Shown in pieces: positions 12,745 to 20,672 of a stretch of DNA of 20,672 nt. The position numbers and the translations under genes were made by a program. This stretch comes from a bacterium (GTDB taxonomy: Bacteria > Sysuimicrobiota > Sysuimicrobiia > Sysuimicrobiales > Kaftiobacteriaceae): contig JBIOWP010000028.1 in NCBI GenBank assembly GCA_044868695.1, positions 1 to 20,672 on the forward strand. Reading direction: 5' to 3'. Within the stretch, counting starts at the first letter, position 1. Each line of letters starts with the position of its first letter. Under the pieces are notes generated by a model that saw nothing but the letters and a program-made list of their open reading frames with translations, ran no database searches and was not told the DNA's origin.

Positions 12745-15432
12745 GTGCCCGACGATCTGACCCCCATGATGCGCCAGTACCACCGGCTGCGGGCCCGCTA
12801 TCCGGGCATGCTGCTGATGTTCCGGCTGGGGGACTTCTACGAGCTGTTCTACGAGGACGCCACGCTGGCCGCGCGTGAGCTGGAGATCACCCTGACATCG
12901 CGCGAGATCGGCAAGGGCCAGCGGATCCCTATGTGCGGCGTGCCGTATCACGCCGTCGACACCTATCTGGCCCGCCTGGTGGAACGCGGGCACCGCATCG
13001 CGCTGTGCGACCAGCTCGAAGATCCGAAGAAAGCCCGGGGCCTTGTGCATCGCGACGTGGTCCGCGTGGTCACGCCGGGCACCGTCATCGAGCAGACCCT
13101 CCTGCCGCGCCACGCCAACAACTACCTGGTGGCCGTGGCGCCATCTGAGCGCGCCTGGGGGGTCGCGGCGGCGGACCTCTCGACCGGGGAATTCCAGGTC
13201 ACGGAGCTCTCGGGAGACGCCCGCGACAGCCGGCTCGCCGAAGAACTCGCCCGGTTCGCGCCCCGCGAGATCCTGGTCCCAGAGGGCAGGGCCCCCGACG
13301 TCACCGGCGCCGGCATGGGTTTCCGGGTCACCACGCTGGAGGACTGGCGGTTTGACCCCCACACGGCCCGGCGTGTCCTGCTGGCGCACTTCAACGTCGC
13401 CACGCTCGACGGATTCGGCTGCGAGCAGCTGCCGGCCGCGGTCGGCGCCGCGGGGGCGCTCCTGCACTACCTGCAGGAGACCCAGCGCAGCCCGCTGGCG
13501 CACCTCCGGCGGATCGTCACCTACGCCGCCGACGGCGCGCTGGTCGTGGACGCCGCCACACGCCGCAACCTGGAACTCCTCCGCAACCTCCGGGACGGCG
13601 CGGAGCAGGGGACCCTGGTCGAGGTGCTGGATGACACGAGCACGGCGATGGGCGCCCGCCGGCTCCGCCAGTGGCTGGTGCAGCCGCTCGTTGACCGTGG
13701 GGCGATCGACCAGCGCCTGGACGCCGTGGCGCATCTGCTGTCATCGCAGCGCGTGCGCCACACCCTGCGGGCGACGCTGCGCACCATCGCCGATCTCCAG
13801 CGGCTGGTCGGCCGCACCGGCCATGGATCCGCGAATGCCCGAGATCTCGTGGCTCTGGCCGGATCGCTGCGGGCGCTCCCTAACCTCACCGCGACCCTGG
13901 CGGGCGCTCCCGGCGCGCTGGGCCGGCTGTGCGCGCAGATCAGCGCGCACGATGACGTCGCCGCCCTGATCGAGGCTGCCATCGTGGACCAGCCGCCGGC
14001 GACCGTCGTGGACGGCGGGGTGATCCGCGATGGGTACAGCCGTGAGCTGGACGAACTGCGCCGGGCGGCCAGGGAAGGCAAGGACTGGATCGCCAATCTG
14101 GAACACCAGGAACGTACCCACACGGGCATCAAGTCCCTGAAAGTCGGATTCAACAAGGTGTTCGGTTACTACATCGAGGTCAGCAAGGCCAACCTCGCGC
14201 TGGTTCCTCACGACTACGTCCGCAAACAGACGCTCGTCGGTGCCGAACGATTCATCACCGAAGGGATGAAGGAGCGCGAAGCGGCGATCCTCGGGGCCGA
14301 AGAGCGGATCGGCGAGCTTGAATACGCTCTGTTCTCCGACGTCCGCGACCGGCTCGCAGCCCACGCCGGCGAGCTGCTGCGCACCGCCGACGCCGTCGCC
14401 GACCTCGATGTCCTGGCCGCGCTGGCCGAGGTGGCCGCCGGCAACGAGTTTGTCCGCCCGCGCATCACCGACGAGCCGGTGCTGGACATCCGGTCCGGGC
14501 GCCACCCCGTTGTCGAGCGGATGCTAGGCGGTGAACGGTTCGTGCCCAACGACGTGGAGTTGTCGGCGGACGACCGCGCGATTCTCATCGTCACCGGACC
14601 CAACATGGCCGGCAAGTCCACCTACCTGCGGCAGGCCGCGCTGATCACGCTGCTGGCGCAGGTCGGGTCCTTCGTCCCCGCGGCCTCAGCCCGCATCGGG
14701 CTGGTGGACCGCATCTTCACCCGGGTCGGCGCAACGGACGACATCGCCACCGGGCGCAGCACATTTCTCGTCGAAATGCAGGAAGTGGCCAACATTCTCC
14801 ACCACGCCGGCCGGCGGAGCCTAATCATCCTGGATGAGGTGGGGCGGGGGACCAGCACCTATGACGGGATGAGCCTGGCGTGGGCGGTAGTCGAGTACCT
14901 GCACGATCGCATCGGCGCCCGCACGCTGTTCGCGACGCACTATCATGAACTGACCGAGCTGGCCGGCGCGCTGCCCCGGGTGCACAACGTGAACGTACTG
15001 GTGAAGGAGGAGGGGCACCGCATCCTCTTCCTCCGCAAGGTAGCCGACGGCCGCGCCGACCGCAGCTACGGGATCCACGTGGGGCAGCTGGCGGGGCTGC
15101 CCGGCGCCGTGACTGAGCAGGCGCAGCGCATCCTGGCCCGCCTGGAGGCGACGGCGCGCGCCGCCCCTGCAGGGGATGCGTTTCTACCGCCGCTTCCCTC
15201 GCGGGCGGCAGGCGCGCTGCAGCTGCCCCTGCCGCTTACGGCGCTGACGCCGGTGGAAGAAGCCCTCCTGGCCATCCCCCTGGAAACGCTTACGCCGATG
15301 GAAGCCATGGCGGCGCTGCACGAACTGCGCGAGCAGCTCCGCCAGCGGGGCGCAGCCGCCGACGCGACGCCGGAGCCAGGAAAAGTCGTCCGGATGAAGA
15401 GGCGCACGCAAAAAGGCGATCCTGGATCCTAG
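12745..15432 (+). CDS. mutS: DNA mismatch repair protein MutS
   Basis: LTPMMRQY, FRLGDFYELF, PMCGVPYH, GRHPVVE, TGPNMAGKST, DRIFTRVGA, STFLVEM, DEVGRGTST, SYGIHV. Probable start GTG 12745. Confidence 0.98.
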   Translation: MPDDLTPMMRQYHRLRARYPGMLLMFRLGDFYELFYEDATLAARELEITLTSREIGKGQRIPMCGVPYHAVDTYLARLVERGHRIALCDQLEDPKKARGLVHRDVVRVVTPGTVIEQTLLPRHANNYLVAVAPSERAWGVAAADLSTGEFQVTELSGDARDSRLAEELARFAPREILVPEGRAPDVTGAGMGFRVTTLEDWRFDPHTARRVLLAHFNVATLDGFGCEQLPAAVGAAGALLHYLQETQRSPLAHLRRIVTYAADGALVVDAATRRNLELLRNLRDGAEQGTLVEVLDDTSTAMGARRLRQWLVQPLVDRGAIDQRLDAVAHLLSSQRVRHTLRATLRTIADLQRLVGRTGHGSANARDLVALAGSLRALPNLTATLAGAPGALGRLCAQISAHDDVAALIEAAIVDQPPATVVDGGVIRDGYSRELDELRRAAREGKDWIANLEHQERTHTGIKSLKVGFNKVFGYYIEVSKANLALVPHDYVRKQTLVGAERFITEGMKEREAAILGAEERIGELEYALFSDVRDRLAAHAGELLRTADAVADLDVLAALAEVAAGNEFVRPRITDEPVLDIRSGRHPVVERMLGGERFVPNDVELSADDRAILIVTGPNMAGKSTYLRQAALITLLAQVGSFVPAASARIGLVDRIFTRVGATDDIATGRSTFLVEMQEVANILHHAGRRSLIILDEVGRGTSTYDGMSLAWAVVEYLHDRIGARTLFATHYHELTELAGALPRVHNVNVLVKEEGHRILFLRKVADGRADRSYGIHVGQLAGLPGAVTEQAQRILARLEATARAAPAGDAFLPPLPSRAAGALQLPLPLTALTPVEEALLAIPLETLTPMEAMAALHELREQLRQRGAAADATPEPGKVVRMKRRTQKGDPGS

Positions 15433-15438
15433 ATCCAA
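15418..15438. repeat. Short heptamer repeat GATCCWR x3 spanning the mutS stop codon
   Basis: GATCCTG GATCCTA GATCCAA, followed by degenerate GAATCGG. Confidence 0.55.
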
Positions 15439-15454
15439 GAATCGGGTCTTCAGA

Positions 15455-17149
15455 ATGAGCCGCATTCGGATCCTCGATCAGGCTGTTGCCGACCGCATTG
15501 CCGCTGGTGAGGTGGTAGAGCGCCCGGCCTCGGTCGTCAAAGAACTGATAGAGAACAGCCTTGACGCATCGGCCACGCAGGTCGTCGTGGAGATTGCGGG
15601 CGCCGGGATCGACCTGATCCGGGTGGGCGACAATGGCTCCGGGATCCACCCCGATGACCTGCCGGTCGCCGTCCAGCGGTTCGCGACGAGCAAGATCACA
15701 ACCGCCGATGACCTGCAGGAGATCCGGTCGTTCGGGTTCCGGGGCGAGGCGCTACCGAGTATCGCCGCGATCTCGTTGCTGGAAATTGCCAGCGCGGTCC
15801 CGGGGGCTCCCGCCGGCCGGAAGCTGCGCCTGGAGGGGGGAGAGAGCGTCGGTGACGAGCCGGTGGGGATGGCCGTGGGGACGGTAGTCACCGTCAGGCA
15901 CCTATTCTTCAACACGCCGGCGCGGCGGAAGTTCCTGAAGTCCGCCGCCAGGGAGTTTGCCCTGATCGTTGAGACCGTGAACCGCCTGGCCCTGGCGAAC
16001 CCCCAGGTTTCCATCCGGCTGATCCACGAAGGCGCCGACGTCGCCCGATACGCGGCCGGCAGGGAGGAAGACCGCGTGGCCGCCGTTCTCGGTGATGAGA
16101 CCTACGGCCGCATGCTGGCCTTCACAGAAGAGGTAGGGGGCCTGCGGATCGGCGGGTGGCTGGGCCAACCAGACCTGGCCAAACCCAGCCGGCGACACCA
16201 GTATCTGTTTGTGAACCGGCGACCGGTCCACAACCGGATGCTGGGAAGCGCGGTGGAGCAAGCCTACCAGCAGCTGATCCCGGCGGGCAAGTTTCCGGCG
16301 TACCTCGTCTTCCTGGACGCGCCTCCGGGACGCGTCGACGTGAACGTCCACCCGCGTAAGCTGGAAGTCCGCTTCGACGACGACCATGGGACCTTCGGGG
16401 CGGTCGCGCGCGCTGTGCGGGCGGGCCTTCGTTCGGTCGCGCTGATCCGGACGATCGATGCGGCGCCGGCGGCGGTTCCCGCACAAACGGCTCCCGGAAC
16501 GTTAGCCCTGGACGAGAGACGCCCAACCTTCGACTCCGTCCCACCCATCGAGCTGGCGGCCGCGGGCCGTCTGCCGGCGATGCGCCTGCTGGGCCAACTG
16601 CACCGCACCTACCTGCTGGCCGAGGGCGCAGACGGGCTGATCGTCATCGATCAGCATGCCGCCCACGAACGGGTGCTGTATGAACGGCTGCTCGTCGCGC
16701 GGGCCCGAAGCGCCGCCGACGGGCAGGTGCAGGTGATGCCCGCCTCCGTCGCTTTGTCGGCCGATGCGTTCGCGGTATTCACGGCGCATCATGAGGTCCT
16801 GACCCAGTTGGGATTTTCGCTGGAGCCGTTCGGCGACCGCACCGTGCTGGTCCGGGCCGTGCCGCAGGTGGCCGCACACACGTCCCCTCAACGGCTTCTC
16901 GGCGAACTGTTGGCCGAGCTGGCCGAGGGCGATCGCACGGCATCGGCACAGACGCTGCTGGAACGAGCGACTATCACGACCGCCTGCCATACGGCCATCA
17001 GGGCCGGCGATCCGCTCGATCGCGATCACATGGCGGCCCTGGTCCACGACCTCGCGCAGACCGCTGATCCGTTTACGTGCTTCCACGGCCGCCCAACCAT
17101 GGTGACCATTCCCGCGGCCCAAGTCGAGAGGTGGTTCCTTCGACGGTAG
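15455..17149 (+). CDS. mutL: DNA mismatch repair endonuclease MutL
   Basis: IAAGEVVERPASVVKELIENSLDA, DNGSG, GFRGEAL, FFNTPARRKFL, VDVNVHPRK; endonuclease motifs DQHAAHERVLYE, ACH and CFHGRP. Confidence 0.98.
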   Translation: MSRIRILDQAVADRIAAGEVVERPASVVKELIENSLDASATQVVVEIAGAGIDLIRVGDNGSGIHPDDLPVAVQRFATSKITTADDLQEIRSFGFRGEALPSIAAISLLEIASAVPGAPAGRKLRLEGGESVGDEPVGMAVGTVVTVRHLFFNTPARRKFLKSAAREFALIVETVNRLALANPQVSIRLIHEGADVARYAAGREEDRVAAVLGDETYGRMLAFTEEVGGLRIGGWLGQPDLAKPSRRHQYLFVNRRPVHNRMLGSAVEQAYQQLIPAGKFPAYLVFLDAPPGRVDVNVHPRKLEVRFDDDHGTFGAVARAVRAGLRSVALIRTIDAAPAAVPAQTAPGTLALDERRPTFDSVPPIELAAAGRLPAMRLLGQLHRTYLLAEGADGLIVIDQHAAHERVLYERLLVARARSAADGQVQVMPASVALSADAFAVFTAHHEVLTQLGFSLEPFGDRTVLVRAVPQVAAHTSPQRLLGELLAELAEGDRTASAQTLLERATITTACHTAIRAGDPLDRDHMAALVHDLAQTADPFTCFHGRPTMVTIPAAQVERWFLRR

Positions 17150-17155
17150 GTTGTC

Positions 17156-18085
17156 ATGATGCCCTCAGCGCCGCTGCTCGTCCTGTGCGGTCCGACCGCA
17201 GTGGGAAAGACCGCCGCGGCGATCGTCCTGGCCGAACGTCTCGGCGCTGAAATCGTCTGCGCGGACTCTCGCACGCTCTACCGGCGCATGGACATCGGAA
17301 CGGCCAAACCCACCCCGGCCCAGCAGGCCCGGGTACCCCACCACCTCCTGGACATCGCCGACCCCGGCCAGGCCGTCACTCTCGCCGACTACGGAGACCG
17401 CGCGACCCAGGCGATCCGCGGCATTCGGACCCGTGGGCGGGTCCCGATCCTGGCAGGGGGCACGGGGCTCTACATTCGGGCCATCGTGGACGGATACACA
17501 ATTCCGAAGGTTCCTCCCGACGAAACCCTGCGCCAGCGGCTCGAGGCGCTCGAACGCGCGACCCCCGGCGCCCTGCACCGGCGGCTGAACGATGTCGATC
17601 CCGTCGCCGCCGCCCGGATCCACCCGCGCAACACGCGCCGGATCATTCGGGCGCTGGAAGTTTTCGAGCACACCGGAGCACCCATCTCAACGCTCCAGCG
17701 GCGGGCCGACTCTCAGCCTGACGCCGTGCAGATCGCCCTGACCGTGGACCGGTCCGTGCTCTACCGCCGGATCGACGAACGGGTCGATGCGCAGCTCGCG
17801 GTTGGACTCCTCGACGAAGTCCGGACGCTTCTCGCCCATGGATATGCGCCCTCGCTTCCCGCGCTGCAGAGTCTGGGCTACAAAGAAATGATTGAACATT
17901 TGCAGGGCAGGGTAGCCCTCGATGAGGCGGCGCGCCGGTTGAAACGCAACACGCGCCGGTTCGCGAAGCGTCAATATACGTGGTTCCGCCGTGACACACG
18001 CATCCGGTGGCTGGACGTCGACGAATGGAGCCCTGAGGAGGTAGCCGACCGCATCATCAGAATGGTAGAGTCGAACCGGAGGTGA
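17156..18085 (+). CDS. miaA: tRNA (adenosine(37)-N6)-dimethylallyltransferase
   Basis: GPTAVGKT, ADS..LYRRMDIGTAKP, PHHLLD, GGTGLY, RRIIRALEV, LGYKE, AKRQYTWFR. Confidence 0.97.
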   Translation: MMPSAPLLVLCGPTAVGKTAAAIVLAERLGAEIVCADSRTLYRRMDIGTAKPTPAQQARVPHHLLDIADPGQAVTLADYGDRATQAIRGIRTRGRVPILAGGTGLYIRAIVDGYTIPKVPPDETLRQRLEALERATPGALHRRLNDVDPVAAARIHPRNTRRIIRALEVFEHTGAPISTLQRRADSQPDAVQIALTVDRSVLYRRIDERVDAQLAVGLLDEVRTLLAHGYAPSLPALQSLGYKEMIEHLQGRVALDEAARRLKRNTRRFAKRQYTWFRRDTRIRWLDVDEWSPEEVADRIIRMVESNRR

Positions 18086-18088
18086 CAC

Positions 18089-19300
18089 ATGCAGGTGGCG
18101 CGGCGGCTGGAATCTATCGGAGCCTATCTGTTTGCCGACCTGGACCGTAAGCAGGCGGAACTGGCGGCGAAGGGTGTGGACGTCATTAACCTGGGCGTCG
18201 GCGACCCCGATCTCCCGACGCCGCCGCACATCATCGACGCGTTGATGGAAGGGGCGACCGATCCCCGCAGCCACCGCTACCCGCCGTACTCCGGGACGCA
18301 GGAATTCAAGGCGGCCGCGGCCAGATGGTACGAGCGCCGTTTCGGCGTGGCGGTGAACCCACAGACCGAGGTGCTGGCCCTGATTGGGTCCAAGGAGGGG
18401 CTGGCCCACCTGCCGTGGGCGATCCTCAATCCCGGCGAGGTGGCGCTGGTGCCGGACCCCGCCTATCCCGTTTACCGGTCGGCCACGATCCTGGCCGACG
18501 GGATTCCGCATGCCGTGCCGCTGCGTCCGGAGCGGGGGTTCCTCGCCGACCTCGGATCGATTCCGCCGGATGTCACCCGCAAGGCCAAGATCCTGTTCTT
18601 AAACTATCCCAACAACCCCACCGGTGCCATCGCGCCCCGGGAGTTTCTTGAGGAAGCGGTGCGGTTTGCCCGGACGCACGAGCTGATCCTGGCCCATGAC
18701 AACTCTTACTCCGAGATCGCCTACGATGGCTACCGGCCCCCGAGCATCCTGGAGATCCGGGGCGCATCAGACGTGGCGATCGAATTCCACTCGCTTTCCA
18801 AAACCTACTGCATGACCGGCTGGCGGGTCGGCTTCGTGGTCGGGAACGCGGCGGCGGTGGGGGCACTGGCCAAGATCAAGACCAACGTCGACTCGGGCGT
18901 GTTCCGGGCGGTCCAGCAGGCCGGAGTGGCCGCGCTGGACGGCCCGCAGCAGATGCTGACCGAACGGCTACGCCTGTACCAGAGCCGGCGCGATCGCGCC
19001 ATCAGGGCGCTGCGGGCGATCGGCTGGCGGGCTCCCGATCTCCGGGCGACGTTTTACGTCTGGCTGCCGGCGCCGGATGGGATGTCAGGCGCGCAGTTCG
19101 CTGCCACGGTGTTGGACCGGACCGGTGTCGTCTTCACGCCGGGGGCCGGGTACGGGGAGCAGGGGAACGGCTACGTGCGCATCTCGTTGACGATCTCCGA
19201 TGACCGGCTCGATGAAGCCTTGCGCCGGCTGACCGATGCCTTCGGGCGCGCGGGGCGAATTAAGGTGGAGGAATCACGATCGGCACCGTCCGGGCGGTAA
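18089..19300 (+). CDS. dapL: LL-diaminopimelate aminotransferase (class I/II PLP-dependent aminotransferase)
   Basis: YLFADLD, VINLGVGDPDLPTP, GSKEGLAH, NYPNNPTGA, FHSLSKTYCMTGWRVG (PLP Lys), KTNVDSG; SD GGAGG; miaA-hflX context. Substrate is inferred. Confidence 0.82.
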   Translation: MQVARRLESIGAYLFADLDRKQAELAAKGVDVINLGVGDPDLPTPPHIIDALMEGATDPRSHRYPPYSGTQEFKAAAARWYERRFGVAVNPQTEVLALIGSKEGLAHLPWAILNPGEVALVPDPAYPVYRSATILADGIPHAVPLRPERGFLADLGSIPPDVTRKAKILFLNYPNNPTGAIAPREFLEEAVRFARTHELILAHDNSYSEIAYDGYRPPSILEIRGASDVAIEFHSLSKTYCMTGWRVGFVVGNAAAVGALAKIKTNVDSGVFRAVQQAGVAALDGPQQMLTERLRLYQSRRDRAIRALRAIGWRAPDLRATFYVWLPAPDGMSGAQFAATVLDRTGVVFTPGAGYGEQGNGYVRISLTISDDRLDEALRRLTDAFGRAGRIKVEESRSAPSGR

Positions 19301-20571
19301 AGACCCCCATCCGCACCCCCGGCCCTGAGCGGGCCATCCTGGTGGGCCTGCAGGCCGCCCGGGCAGGTCGGGAGCCCGACCTGGAGGAGTTGGCGCGCCT
19401 GGCGGAGTCGGCTGGCGCCGTCGTAGTCGGCAGGGTGGTGCAGAAGCGCCCCAAACCTGACCCGGCCACGTTTGTCGGCACCGGAAGGGTCGAAGCGCTC
19501 AAGGAAGACGTCTATGAGCACGAAGCGGACCTGGTCGCCGTCGACGCCGATCTGAGCCCGGCCCAGCAACGGAACCTCGAACGTGCGCTGGACATCAAGG
19601 TCCTTGACCGGACCGCGCTCGTGCTGGACATCTTCGCCCGCCGGGCGCAGACCAAGGAAGGCCGCCTGCAGGTCGAGCTGGCACAGATGACTTATCTGCT
19701 GCCGCGGCTCACCGGTCGAGGGATCTGGCTGTCGCGGCTCGGCGGTGGGATCGGAACCCGCGGCCCCGGCGAAACAAAACTCGAGGTCGACCGCCGGCGT
19801 ATCCGCAAACGGATTACCGACCTGCGCCGTGAGATCGCCGGCATCAGCCGGCACCGCGCCCTGCAGCGCACGGCCCGCCGGGAAGCGCAGTTTCCGGTCG
19901 TCGCGCTGGTGGGTTACACTAACGCAGGGAAGTCGACGCTATTGAATGCGCTCACCGACGCGGGAGTCTTCGTCGAAGACAAATTGTTCGCGACCCTGGA
20001 CCCCACCGTGAGAAAGGTAACGCTGCCCAACCACCGGCCGGTCCTGCTGGTGGACACCGTCGGCTTCATTTCACGCCTGCCGACGCAGCTGGTCGCGGCG
20101 TTCCGCGCTACGCTGGAAGAGGTCACGGAAGCCGACCTCCTGGTTCACGTGGTGGATGCCAGCCATCCCGACTGGCGCGCCCAGATCAAGGCGGTGAATA
20201 CGGTCCTGAATGAGCTGGACGCGGCCGAGAAGCCGGTGGTCTTCGCAGCGAACAAGACCGACCGGCTGCCCCAGACCCAGGTGCGGGGGATTCTGACGGA
20301 ACTCGGCGACGGCGCGTCCGTGTCCGCCCTCCACCGCGTCGGGTTGATCAACCTCTTGCGCGTGATTGCCCAGCGCCTGCCCGAACCGCTGGAATCCGTG
20401 ACACTCCTGGTGCCCTATGCGAAGACCAAGGTCCTCTCAGAGATCTTCGCCCAGGGCCGGATCATCGCCCAGGAGTACGGAGAGCAGGGGATCACCGTCC
20501 AGGCTGAGCTGCCCCACGCCCACGCCGAGACGATTCGGGCGACGCTCCGCGACAAGTACCCCACCAAATAA
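19279..20571 (+). CDS. hflX: Ribosome-splitting GTPase HflX (probable ATC start codon)
   Basis: ERAILVG, DLEELARLAESAG, LDIFARRA, EGRLQVELAQ, GGGIGTRGPGETKLEVDRR, GYTNAGKST, LFATLDPT, DTVGF, NKTD. Gene identity is near certain; the start is inferred (first canonical in-frame start is GTG 19342). Confidence 0.95.
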   Translation: MGTVRAVKTPIRTPGPERAILVGLQAARAGREPDLEELARLAESAGAVVVGRVVQKRPKPDPATFVGTGRVEALKEDVYEHEADLVAVDADLSPAQQRNLERALDIKVLDRTALVLDIFARRAQTKEGRLQVELAQMTYLLPRLTGRGIWLSRLGGGIGTRGPGETKLEVDRRRIRKRITDLRREIAGISRHRALQRTARREAQFPVVALVGYTNAGKSTLLNALTDAGVFVEDKLFATLDPTVRKVTLPNHRPVLLVDTVGFISRLPTQLVAAFRATLEEVTEADLLVHVVDASHPDWRAQIKAVNTVLNELDAAEKPVVFAANKTDRLPQTQVRGILTELGDGASVSALHRVGLINLLRVIAQRLPEPLESVTLLVPYAKTKVLSEIFAQGRIIAQEYGEQGITVQAELPHAHAETIRATLRDKYPTK

Positions 20572-20672
20572 CACCAAAGGACCCCCCTAGTCGTGCCCAC
20601 AATGGGCCGACCGGCCTCTCAGCTCCGGACCGGGCGGTAGTTCGGATGAGCTTCCTTCGGATGGCTTTTTGG

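Noticed and set aside
15418..15438. GATC cluster as evidence for Dam/MutH-directed mismatch repair
   Set aside because: MutL carries the DQHA(X)2E(X)4E endonuclease motif typical of MutH-independent systems.
20619..20672. Intrinsic terminator after hflX (AGCTTCC-TTC-GGATGGCT-TTTT)
   Set aside because: The stem is weak and mismatched, and the region at the window edge could instead be the 3' end of a convergent gene (minus frame ...HPKEAHPNYRPVRS*).

Overview
GC-rich bacterial chromosomal window with no rRNA, tRNA, CRISPR array or transposase. The left ~12.6 kb is accessory. It holds two ECF41/SigJ-type sigma factors with SnoaL-like C-terminal extensions, three canonical ECF41-type promoters ((T/G)GTCACA-N16-(C/T)GTC) and a fourth, inverted copy over the second sigma's own start codon. 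It also carries an NAD(P)-dependent epimerase, a decayed OsmC-like gene, DUF1697, two VOC proteins and a Ku-less repair trio (Prim-PolC/LigD-polymerase-like protein with an extra C-terminal domain, LigC, AlkZ-type HTH_42 glycosylase). Next come a small YacG/TRASH-like zinc finger behind a structured leader, a PlsC-like acyltransferase ending in a 15-bp quasi-palindromic VPGTx array, and a secreted hypothetical protein. Three consecutive minus-strand genes (membrane diguanylate cyclase, 52-aa membrane peptide, 142-aa hypothetical protein) each have their own sigma-54 (-24/-12) promoter. The right ~8 kb is a core operon, mutS-mutL-miaA-dapL-hflX, in which hflX appears to start at a non-canonical ATC codon. 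The best candidates for undescribed systems are the sigma-54/c-di-GMP three-gene module, the glycosylase-polymerase-ligase cassette and the face-to-face ECF41 promoter pair. All calls come from reading motifs by eye; no searches were run.
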